A stretch of DNA of 64,000 nt from Acidobacteriota bacterium (GTDB taxonomy: Bacteria; Acidobacteriota; UBA6911; RPQK01; JAJDTT01): positions 3,264,001 through 3,328,000 of the forward strand of contig CBDCJH010000002.1 in assembly GCA_965217775.1 (NCBI GenBank), written 5' to 3'. The notes below the pieces were generated by a model. It did not search any database and was not told where the DNA came from. It saw only the letters and a program-made list of their open reading frames with translations. Shown here piece by piece: positions 9,864 to 18,145 of this stretch (within the stretch, counting starts at the first letter, position 1; every line of letters starts with the position of its first letter). The position numbers and the translations under genes are program-made.

Positions 9864-12482
9864 TCAGTGGTTCTCCGCGAACTCCCGCGAGCTGAGGACG
9901 GCCCATTGCAGGTCGCGAAGAGCCTGCCCCCGGTCGGGGGTCCGGGCGATCAGGGCGGACAGCTCTTCCGATTCGGACCGCGTCGGAAACCTGCTGAAGG
10001 CGGCCAGGTAAAGATCCTCGACGATCTCGGCATCGGGGGCGCCCCGGCGGAAATGGTCGTACACGCGCGATCCCTCGGCCCAGAGCTTGTCATTGTAGGT
10101 CGATCCCACCAGGATGTGCAGCGCCTGGCTCAGCATCGGGTCCGTGTCCCGCTCGGGGACCGAGAAGCGGGTGGGCCGTCCGAAAATATCCAGAAAGGAG
10201 GAGGCGTAAACGTCCGGCTCCTTCAGGTGGACCGCACGAGTACCCCTGGGCGCCGCTCCATCTTCGACGCCGGCGAAGGCGGGGACGGGAAAGTGCTCCG
10301 GAACCCCCGTCACGTCGCAAATGGCGTCCAGCAGGAGTTCCGCGTCCAGGGGACGGGAGGGGGCGTAAGCGTAGGTGGGCTGGTCGGCCGGTTGCATTCC
10401 CCGGTTGGAGCTGGAGAGCTGATAGGTCCGGGAACCCGCGATCAACCGGAACAATTGTTTCAGATCGTAGTCGTTTTCTTCGAAGTACTCGGCCAATTGC
10501 CTCAGCAGCTTCGGATGGGTCGGCGGATTGTTGCTGCGGAAGTCGTCCACCGGCTCCACCAGGCCGCGGCCGAAGAAGTAGCTCCACATCCGGTTGACGG
10601 CGGCCTCGGCAAAGTAGGGGTGGGAGGTCATCCAGCGGGCCAATTCACCGCGGGGATAGTTGGTCGGAGAGTGCTCCACCCGGGTCCCATCCAGCAGCAC
10701 GGGATCGATCAATTTGCCCGTGCGCGGGTTGCGCACCCGCTTGTCGGTGGGGCTGGGAACGTCCGGGGCCACTTCCTTCCCGTCGGGATGATCGAAAATC
10801 ACCGACTCCGGATTCCCGCCCAGCTTGAACATGGAGCCGAAGAATGCCGTCATCCCCCAGAACTGATCCTGGGTCCAACGCTCGTAGGGGTGGTCATGGC
10901 ACTGAGCGCAGTCCAGCCGGCGCCCCAGGAACACCCGCAACTGCTCGCCCATCATGTTCTCCGGGGGCGGCACCACCAGGTAGGGCAGATAGTGGCGGGA
11001 AGGAGCACTGTACCCCTGGGACGAGACGCGCTCCCGGGCCACTTCGTCATAGGGCCGGTTGCGCTCGACGGCGTCCCGGATCCACTCCCAGTACGCCTGA
11101 CTCCACTTGGCATTGATGCCCAGGGCGAAGACCGATACTCGGAACAGGTCGGCGAAACGGAAGGTCCAGTAGTCCACGTACTCGGGAGAGGCCAACAGAG
11201 CCTCCACCACTTTCTCCCGCTTGAGGGGGTCCGGGTCGGCCAGGAATTCGCGGACCCGGGCGACGGGAGGCATCCGGCCGGTCAGGTCGAGGCAGACCCG
11301 GCGCAGGAACTCCGAGTCGTTGGACGGCTCCGAGGGAACGATGTTGAACCGGCGGAGCTTGGCGAAGATCCGCTCATCGATGAAGTTGTTGGGGCGGAGT
11401 TCCGGATAGTCCGCCACCCGGTCGGCCACCACGCCGATGGTCCCCAGGACCTCCTGGCCCGCTCCGCGCACCAGAACCGCCGTCTCGCCGCCGGTGCGAG
11501 CCGTCACCAGGCCGCGGGGAGAGATCTCGGCCACGGAACCGTGATTCACGTCGAATCGGACCCGGCGCGTGTAGTCCTCCACGTTTCCGTCCGACAGGTG
11601 GGCGCTCACCACCAGTTGCTGCCGCTCTCCCTGCCGCAGAATCGCCTCCCGGGGATAGACCTCCATCTTGACCACTTTCACCCGCTCGGAGTCTTTCTCA
11701 CCGTAGGGGGAACCCTGCCGGACCCAGTCCAGAAGGAGAGCGAATTCCTTGGACTCCTCGTCGATTCGCGGCCCGCCGACATGGGGGACCTGCATGGCGG
11801 GCTTCTGCAGCAGAAGGCTCTTTTCGGGCCGGTCCAGATCGACCCGGGGGATTCTCGGCTCTCCCGGCTCGTCAGTCAGGACCTGATACATCCCTCCTTG
11901 GACGATCCACTCATAGTCCTGCCGGGGATGGGATCCGTTCATCGACAGCTTGAAGCCCCCCCGGCCCTTCAGCCCGGAATGACATTCGGTCTGGTTGCAA
12001 CCCCGCCGGGTCAGGATGGGGAGCACGTCGCGTGAGAAGTGGAACGGCCTCGTCGAGTCCGAGTCCTCCACCCGGAGCCGGGCCTTGGCTTCAAGCGTCC
12101 CGACGACGGCGGTGACTCCGGTCTCACCGTCGGCGACGGCGACCATCCGCCCCCCCTCCCGCTGCCGCGCCACCTTGGGGTCCGAGAGCGAATACGAAGC
12201 CTGAGCCGTCAGGTCCTTCCGGCTGCCGTCGGCCAGCGTTCCCATCAGGACGTACTGCTGAGAGGCGTTCCGGCCTCGCAGGGTCCGCTCTTCGGGATAC
12301 AGTTGCACACCGACGATCGAGGCATCGAACGAAGCCTCGGCCGCCGGCGATCCGGCCGCCGCGAAAACCGCTCGCGCCGTACTCGGTCCACCCGCCATGG
12401 ACAGACCGGCCGCCGCCAGGAACGCGAGCCACCGCAGGCCGCGCCGGCGGGCCCAATTACCCAACCCCGGGGATGAACTCAT
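9864..12482 (-). CDS. DUF1549/DUF1553 (PSCyt2/PSD1) protein with Ig-like domains
   Basis: NNFIDERIFAKL, EFLRRVCLDLTG, CAQCHDHPYERWTQ, NRMWSYFFGRGLVEPVDD and SREFAENH motifs. Confidence 0.92.
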   Translation of the reverse strand: MSSSPGLGNWARRRGLRWLAFLAAAGLSMAGGPSTARAVFAAAGSPAAEASFDASIVGVQLYPEERTLRGRNASQQYVLMGTLADGSRKDLTAQASYSLSDPKVARQREGGRMVAVADGETGVTAVVGTLEAKARLRVEDSDSTRPFHFSRDVLPILTRRGCNQTECHSGLKGRGGFKLSMNGSHPRQDYEWIVQGGMYQVLTDEPGEPRIPRVDLDRPEKSLLLQKPAMQVPHVGGPRIDEESKEFALLLDWVRQGSPYGEKDSERVKVVKMEVYPREAILRQGERQQLVVSAHLSDGNVEDYTRRVRFDVNHGSVAEISPRGLVTARTGGETAVLVRGAGQEVLGTIGVVADRVADYPELRPNNFIDERIFAKLRRFNIVPSEPSNDSEFLRRVCLDLTGRMPPVARVREFLADPDPLKREKVVEALLASPEYVDYWTFRFADLFRVSVFALGINAKWSQAYWEWIRDAVERNRPYDEVARERVSSQGYSAPSRHYLPYLVVPPPENMMGEQLRVFLGRRLDCAQCHDHPYERWTQDQFWGMTAFFGSMFKLGGNPESVIFDHPDGKEVAPDVPSPTDKRVRNPRTGKLIDPVLLDGTRVEHSPTNYPRGELARWMTSHPYFAEAAVNRMWSYFFGRGLVEPVDDFRSNNPPTHPKLLRQLAEYFEENDYDLKQLFRLIAGSRTYQLSSSNRGMQPADQPTYAYAPSRPLDAELLLDAICDVTGVPEHFPVPAFAGVEDGAAPRGTRAVHLKEPDVYASSFLDIFGRPTRFSVPERDTDPMLSQALHILVGSTYNDKLWAEGSRVYDHFRRGAPDAEIVEDLYLAAFSRFPTRSESEELSALIARTPDRGQALRDLQWAVLSSREFAENH

Positions 12483-12486
12483 TCCC

Positions 12487-14340
12487 TCACTCCTCCCGGT
12501 GCGCCTCTCGGGTGGGGAGCACCATGACGAACAGGTCCTTGACCGGCGTGACGGGGCCCAGCAGACCCTCCACCACTGGCCGGGCCGCGACCCGGACGGT
12601 GACCGGACGGGCAGTCGCCGGCGCGTCCGGTGAGACAACCAGCAACAGAGTTGCCTTCTGGTTTCTGGCTATGTACCGATCTTCGCGGCCCCGGTTGATG
12701 GGCGGCGGCTGGACCGGTTCGGACTTGGTGGCCGTCATCGCCTCGACTCCGGGGGGAACCCCCTCCATGGTCAGCATGATGGCCCCCTCGAAACCCTCCT
12801 CTTGATCCGTGATCACACTTACCGTGCCGGCCCTTCCCGCTTCCAGGTTCAAGACCTCGTCCTCGATGTGGATCTTCCCCATGTGGGGCACCTGGGGACG
12901 GACCAGGACCCGGTAGTTCATTCGCTCATCTCCCAAGGTGGCCGTGATGTCCCGGATCTCCAGAGTGAAATCACCGGCCCTGGGAAAGGCATGGGTGGTC
13001 TTGGGGTAGATCTGTTTCTGGATCTCGGTGTTGGAGTTGAGGAAGGAATGGACGTTGGTCACCACCTCCACGCCGTCGGCGTCGACGAGCTTCAGATAGG
13101 GATTGAAAAGGGGCACCGTCTTGTCCGGGGTCTCCACTTCGAGCGCGATGCGGTCTCCGATCGCCGCGGAAAACCGGACTCGATGAAACTCGCCGGGACG
13201 CTGAAGCACGCCGGTCAGAAGCGTGGGCAAGGTGATTTCGGGCGGCTCCGATCCGGCCAAGTCCTGGCCGCTGAGGCAGATCTCGGGGATTGGAGCGAAG
13301 GGGTCCGGCTGCGGTTGCGAGGCGGATTCCGCTTTCCCGGCGCTCGATACCGGCTCCGGCCGGGGCGCCAGCGACGGCACGGCGCGCGTCCAGAGGGCCT
13401 TCATCCGGTCCTGCGCCAAGGTCCGAGTCCAACTGCGCTCCTCCCAATCCGCCGGGTGCGGTTCGCTGGGTTTCGCGGAGTCGGCCGACGCCTCTCGAGG
13501 CGGCTCCGGGACGACCCGCAGAAGATACGCGTGGTCGGGGCTGGCCGTGCCCCTGAAACTGCTCACCCGGACGAAATAGGTTCCCGGTTTTTCGAATTGG
13601 TGGCTCAAAGCCGGCTCCGTGCTCGACCCGGGGTAGGAGACATCCTCATCGTGAAAGGCCAGGCGCCGGGTGCCTTCCGGGTCGAACCATCCACCCGACC
13701 TCTCGAAGAGGGTGATGGCCGGGTCCAGGGCCGGACTGGAATGGACCTGGAACCGCAGTTTGGTTCCGGCAGGCGCCTTGAACGAATAGTCGTCCACTTC
13801 GCCCAAGCGGGTGAAACGGCCGTGGACCACGAGGGGATACGGGTTCAAGGCTTCGGCTTCGTCCGGGAGCTCATGGGCGCCTTCCGTTTCCCACTGAGCC
13901 GGCTCCCGGTGCACCCAGAAGGGGAGCGCGTTGGACAGACCGCCCGGAGTCACAAAGCGCAGTCTGCGTTCTCCGGGCTTCTCATCGGAATCGACTCGGA
14001 CCCGGAGTGTCAACCGGGACGGCTGGGATTCGGGCGGCGACTCCGCGTCCGTTGTTTCCCCACCCTCGGTCTCACGGCCCACGATTTCGGCGGTCAGACC
14101 TGAAGAGTCGAACCAGACCGCTCGAGCCGAAGCCAGATGCTTGCCCCGAACCGTGACCCGGACCTGAGCACCCGGTCGGCCTCCCAGAGGGAACACGGAC
14201 GCCAGGGTCGGCTCCGGGAGAGGTCCGGCAGCGGCGGGAACGCTCGACAGAACGGCGAGGACTGCCATCAAAACGGAAGAGTGGATCGCCGGGACGAGCG
14301 GCCGTGCCGCAATGCCCAAACCTGTTCTGCTGAGTTTCAC
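12487..14340 (-). CDS. Secreted PPC (pre-peptidase C-terminal)-like repeat protein of the DUF1501 cluster
   Basis: Signal peptide, SVFPLGGRPG, TPGGLSNALPF and GEVDDYSF motifs; start uncertain. Confidence 0.75.
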   Translation of the reverse strand: MKLSRTGLGIAARPLVPAIHSSVLMAVLAVLSSVPAAAGPLPEPTLASVFPLGGRPGAQVRVTVRGKHLASARAVWFDSSGLTAEIVGRETEGGETTDAESPPESQPSRLTLRVRVDSDEKPGERRLRFVTPGGLSNALPFWVHREPAQWETEGAHELPDEAEALNPYPLVVHGRFTRLGEVDDYSFKAPAGTKLRFQVHSSPALDPAITLFERSGGWFDPEGTRRLAFHDEDVSYPGSSTEPALSHQFEKPGTYFVRVSSFRGTASPDHAYLLRVVPEPPREASADSAKPSEPHPADWEERSWTRTLAQDRMKALWTRAVPSLAPRPEPVSSAGKAESASQPQPDPFAPIPEICLSGQDLAGSEPPEITLPTLLTGVLQRPGEFHRVRFSAAIGDRIALEVETPDKTVPLFNPYLKLVDADGVEVVTNVHSFLNSNTEIQKQIYPKTTHAFPRAGDFTLEIRDITATLGDERMNYRVLVRPQVPHMGKIHIEDEVLNLEAGRAGTVSVITDQEEGFEGAIMLTMEGVPPGVEAMTATKSEPVQPPPINRGREDRYIARNQKATLLLVVSPDAPATARPVTVRVAARPVVEGLLGPVTPVKDLFVMVLPTREAHREE

Positions 14341-14563
14341 CGTGATCCGACCCCGCCGATGTGCCCTGTTCCGGCTCGATTTTAGTGATTCCGCCGGACG
14401 TGAGTCAATTTGACACCGAAGAGGACGGTTGAAACATCCGATCCGCTCGTTCGTTCCATATGGATGTGTGGAGCGAGGAGAAACCACAAGGCGAACGTCG
14501 GGAAACGGCGTCGAGGCCTCATGGGGGGCCGGCGCGTAACCCAAGGAAGGAGCGAGTCACGTC

Positions 14564-15373
14564 ATGAGCATGAAACAACCGAAATTCTGGATCGTCGGGT
14601 TGCTGGGAGTCACCCTTTTGGGAGGCACCCTCGCCGCTCTCCACAGTCAACAGGCCGGGCGCGGGCGCAGGGCATTCGGAGGGGGCGGTCTTCCTCCCGA
14701 CCGGGCGCTGAAGCGGCTCGGGTTGACCGAGGAGCAGAAGTCCGAGGCCAAGAAGCTGCGCGAGAGCCACCAGGCCACGATGTCTTCTCTCCGCAAGAAG
14801 GGAGCCGGCATCCGAACCCAACTGCGGGAGAAACTGGGGACGGAGGAGTCTTCCGCCGCCCAGGTCGGCGAACTCGTCAAAGAGGGCCACGACTTGAGGC
14901 AGCAGATTCGGAAGGCACGGCAATCCTTGCGGAAATCTTTCTCTGATCTACTGACGGCGGAACAGCGGGAGAAGATTCAACGAGGACGCGAGCGCAGGGC
15001 TCGCCGGGGGCCCGCCCTCCCTCCCGACCGGGCGCTGAAGCGGCTCGGATTGACCGAGGAGCAGAGGGCCGAGGTCAAGAAGCTGCGCGAGAGCCACAGG
15101 ACCACGATGGGCTCCCTCCGAGAAAAGGGTGCCGGCATCCGAACCCAATTGCAGGAGCAACTGGGGACGGAGGAGTCTTCCGCCGCCCAGGTCGGTGAAC
15201 TCGTCATCGAGGGGCGGGACGTCAGGCAGCAGATCCGGAAGGCTCAGCAATCCGTGCGGGAGTCTTTTGCCGCAGTGCTGACCGAGGAACAACGCGAAAA
15301 ATTTGAAAAGTTTCGGGATCGGAGAGGACGATGGGGCGGCGCCCGCCGAGGCCGCTCCCGCGGCAGACTCTGA
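14564..15373 (+). CDS. Spy/CpxP (LTXXQ) family periplasmic protein with tandem-duplicated domain
   Basis: Signal peptide; LTEEQ/LTAEQ motifs four times; two 109-aa repeats. Confidence 0.85.
   Translation: MSMKQPKFWIVGLLGVTLLGGTLAALHSQQAGRGRRAFGGGGLPPDRALKRLGLTEEQKSEAKKLRESHQATMSSLRKKGAGIRTQLREKLGTEESSAAQVGELVKEGHDLRQQIRKARQSLRKSFSDLLTAEQREKIQRGRERRARRGPALPPDRALKRLGLTEEQRAEVKKLRESHRTTMGSLREKGAGIRTQLQEQLGTEESSAAQVGELVIEGRDVRQQIRKAQQSVRESFAAVLTEEQREKFEKFRDRRGRWGGARRGRSRGRL
14693..15300 (+). repeat. Intragenic tandem duplication, period 327 bp
   Basis: CCTCCCGACCGGGCGCTGAAGCGGCTCGG begins at both 14693 and 15020. Confidence 0.9.
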
Positions 15374-15382
15374 TTCGAAGCG

Positions 15383-15420
15383 CGGTGGCCGCCGATCGAC
15401 CAGTCGGTCGGCGGCCACCG
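15383..15420. terminator. Long GC hairpin after the Spy/CpxP gene (terminator or REP-like)
   Basis: 18-bp stem CGGTGGCCGCCGATCGAC / GTCGGTCGGCGGCCACCG; no clear U-tract. Confidence 0.5.
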
Positions 15421-15540
15421 GCTACCGTTCGCCGAGCCTGCCCACGACCCCATTCCTTCGAAAAACTCTTTTCCGGACCGACAAGACAGTTCCCACACCG
15501 GTCGCCGCCCATGGATTCGGCACCCAGGCTACGGCCCTAG

Positions 15541-15780
15541 CCCGCATTTCTCACCAGGTCGCTACGCGTATGATGAAAAATAATCTGTTTTTGAGCATTT
15601 ACGCGGAATTTGCCAAGATTTCTCCGGGACAGACTGCGCTGGGCGCGCGCTCGCTGGTCTTTTCGCCCTCAGCGCGCACATGCTCCCTCAAACGTAGTCA
15701 CCACTATGCTCTCGGTCGCGAGCACGCGCTGAGGGCGAAAATCCTGCGCGATCGTCACGCCCCCTGATGAGAAATGCGGG
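15541..15780. mobile_element. MITE-like element family B (240 bp)
   Basis: 17/18 terminal IR CCCGCATTTCTCA(C/T)CAGG; CTAG at 15537-15540 and 15781-15784; internal hairpin TTTTCGCCCTCAGCGCG...CGCGCTGAGGGCGAAAA. Confidence 0.85.
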
Positions 15781-15785
15781 CTAGT

Positions 15786-15814
15786 TATTGTATTTAATGA
15801 GGTAAAATACAATA
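15786..15814. promoter_or_regulatory. Inverted-repeat operator candidate upstream of fic
   Basis: TATTGTATTT-N9-AAATACAATA perfect 10-bp IR in an AT-rich leader. Confidence 0.55.
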
Positions 15815-15857
15815 CTTCATATCGTTAATGTCTTCTCTTGAATAGGAACGACCGATC

Positions 15858-17024
15858 ATGCGGCGCGGCAAAATCGGCAGCTACAGAGTGACGAAGATCG
15901 GTGGTGAAATCATTCGTGCCTTCGTGCCGGCGCCGTTGCCACCGAAACCCGCTCTGGTCCTGGATGGCTCACTGCAGCAAGCACTTGAAGCAACCGCCGT
16001 CGCTTTGGGACGCCTCGACAGTATCGCAACACTCCTCCCGGACAAGGCGCTCTTTCGGTACGCCTATGTGCGAAAGGAAGCGGTGCTCTCCTCCCAAATC
16101 GAAGGCACGCAGTCGTCCCTGTCGGATCTTTTTCTCTTCGAGCTGGCTGTAGCGCCCGGGGCTCCGCTTGACGATGTGCGCCAAGTGTCCAACTACGTGG
16201 CTGCTCTCGAGCACGGTCTGCGGCGCCTGCGAGAGGGTTTCCCGCTGTCGAACCGCTTGATCCGGGAGATTCACGGCGTATTGTTGTCCCGCGGACGCGG
16301 CAGCACCAAGACGCCGGGAGAATTCCGCCGCTCACAGAACTGGATCGGTGGAACCCGTCCCGGCAATGCCGCGTTCGTGCCGCCTCCGCATACCGAGGTG
16401 CCGGACTGCATGACGACACTGGAGCGTTTCCTTCACACCGAACACGACGGTATCGCGGTCCTGGTGCGGGCCGCCCTCGCCCACTTGCAATTCGAGACCA
16501 TTCACCCCTTTCTCGACGGCAACGGACGCGTCGGACGGTTGCTCATCACTTTGCTGCTTTACCACGGCGGCGTCCTACACGAGCCGCTCCTCTACCTGAG
16601 CCTGTACTTCAAACAACACAGGAACACGTACTACGACCTGCTGACCAGCGTCCGCCAGACGGGAGACTGGGAGGCATGGCTCGCCTTTTTCCTCGAAGGA
16701 GTGAAGCTGACGGCCGAGGCCGCCGTCTCGACCGCCCAGCGCCTGTCCCGGGTGTTCCAGAGCGACCGAAGCCTTATCGAAGCGGCCGCAGGCCGGAGGA
16801 CGGGGTCAGCGCTTCGCGTCCACGATGCTCTCAAGTCCAAGCCCATTATTTCGCTGCCCGCGGCGGCCCGACAGGCCAAACTGTCTTTTCACGCGACGGA
16901 CTCGGCGATGGATCTACTGGTCTCACAAGGTATCGCAAGAGAGATCACCGGAAAGCGCCGGGGCCGGCTGTATGCCTACGACCGGTATCTTGCCATCCTC
17001 GGAGAAGGAGCCGGGAATCCGTGA
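15858..17024 (+). CDS. Fic family protein (DUF4172/Fic_N + Fic + C-terminal wHTH)
   Basis: KEAVLSSQIEGT, PGEFRRSQNWIGG and intact HPFLDGNGRVGR catalytic motif. Confidence 0.95.
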   Translation: MRRGKIGSYRVTKIGGEIIRAFVPAPLPPKPALVLDGSLQQALEATAVALGRLDSIATLLPDKALFRYAYVRKEAVLSSQIEGTQSSLSDLFLFELAVAPGAPLDDVRQVSNYVAALEHGLRRLREGFPLSNRLIREIHGVLLSRGRGSTKTPGEFRRSQNWIGGTRPGNAAFVPPPHTEVPDCMTTLERFLHTEHDGIAVLVRAALAHLQFETIHPFLDGNGRVGRLLITLLLYHGGVLHEPLLYLSLYFKQHRNTYYDLLTSVRQTGDWEAWLAFFLEGVKLTAEAAVSTAQRLSRVFQSDRSLIEAAAGRRTGSALRVHDALKSKPIISLPAAARQAKLSFHATDSAMDLLVSQGIAREITGKRRGRLYAYDRYLAILGEGAGNP

Positions 17025-17662
17025 CGCCATTAAAATTCGTGGAGGCTCTGCGGGAACAGCGTCTTGGAAATACGTTCAACCCGTATTCGGAACGGTGCGT
17101 CCGGTACGACCGGAATGATGCACCGCAACTTCGCTCCCGGACGTTGCGATCCATACTTGAGACGGCAGCGGAACGGGAAGTCGAGTGCCTGTGGATCGGG
17201 CGAGATCCCGGCCATCGGGGCGGGCGGAGGACGGGACTCGCCTTTACGGACGACGTCCACCTTCACGAACACGCTGAACGCTGGGGGCTCTCGATAACGC
17301 GGCCCACAGGAGGCCCGAAAATCTCCGAACAGACCGCCACCGTCATCTGGAAGGCTCTCTCGCGAATCGAGTCACCGGTTTTCTTGTGGAATGTCTTCCC
17401 CTTGCACCCGCACAAACCGGGAAACCCCTTCAGCAACCGGCCCCACAACGCTCGCGAGCGCAGAATCGGCGAGGAGTTTCTTGCCGAACTCATCCTGCTC
17501 CTGCAACCGCGCCGGCTGGTTGCCATCGGCAACGACGCGGCGAAATCGACGTGCCGTCTGGCCGAACGACAGGAAGTCATACAAGTCCGGCATCCCAGCC
17601 ACGGAGGGCGGGCGGAGTTCTTGGCACAGATCGACGGGTTGCATCGTCAATTGCATTGGTGA
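17021..17662 (+). CDS. Uracil-DNA glycosylase superfamily protein
   Basis: FNPY, GRDPGHRGGRRTGLAFTD, WNVFPLHP, NR and VRHPSHGG motifs; GTGA overlap with fic stop. Confidence 0.85.
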   Translation: MTPLKFVEALREQRLGNTFNPYSERCVRYDRNDAPQLRSRTLRSILETAAEREVECLWIGRDPGHRGGRRTGLAFTDDVHLHEHAERWGLSITRPTGGPKISEQTATVIWKALSRIESPVFLWNVFPLHPHKPGNPFSNRPHNARERRIGEEFLAELILLLQPRRLVAIGNDAAKSTCRLAERQEVIQVRHPSHGGRAEFLAQIDGLHRQLHW

Positions 17663-17758
17663 CGTACTCCAAAAAAGAACTTCGTCTGTCGACTTCGCGA
17701 GGATGAGAATCATTTCGCATCTTGTGAATCGCAGAGATCGTAAATCTGTGAGGCCAGC

Positions 17759-18022
17759 ATGAAAAAAATAACCGTGTCCGTGGATGAAAAGACCTGCCGG
17801 CTCTCACGCATCAAAGCGGCAGAGGCGGGAACCTCGGTGACGGCACTGCTGCGCGACCACTTGTTCGAACTGGTACAAGGACGCATCGCCCAGACTAGAT
17901 TCAACGGCTTGCGTCGGCTGCAGGACGAGACATTGGAGGCGATCCGTACTCGCCGCGCAGGCTTGAACTCCCGAGATAACCTTCTCCGGGGTGCCCTTCA
18001 CGACCGCGATACGCTTCCTTGA
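17759..18022 (+). CDS. Putative ribbon-helix-helix antitoxin
   Basis: MKKITVSVDE...AAEAGTSVTALLRD RHH pattern, followed by a PIN remnant. Confidence 0.65.
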   Translation: MKKITVSVDEKTCRLSRIKAAEAGTSVTALLRDHLFELVQGRIAQTRFNGLRRLQDETLEAIRTRRAGLNSRDNLLRGALHDRDTLP

Positions 18023-18098
18023 CACGAACGTCATGGCTAATGACGAATGGTGCCGCGGAATTTCCAATGGTCAGGAGCGGCAATTTTTCGGTCGCTGA
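17991..18098 (+). pseudogene. Truncated PIN/VapC toxin remnant
   Basis: Frame reads ..TAIRFLDTNV.. (PIN N-terminal motif), overlapping the antitoxin end, then stops after 35 codons. Confidence 0.55.
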
Positions 18099-18145
18099 AC
18101 TCTCAGCGGGGAATGGGGGACAGGAATATCCCCCCTCCCAGCGTT

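Noticed and set aside
8559-12035. 1158-aa plus-strand ORF and other long antisense ORFs (e.g. 2675..4216, 24097..26352, 35854..37419)
   Set aside because: Shadow ORFs opposite well-supported genes in GC-rich DNA; no recognisable motifs
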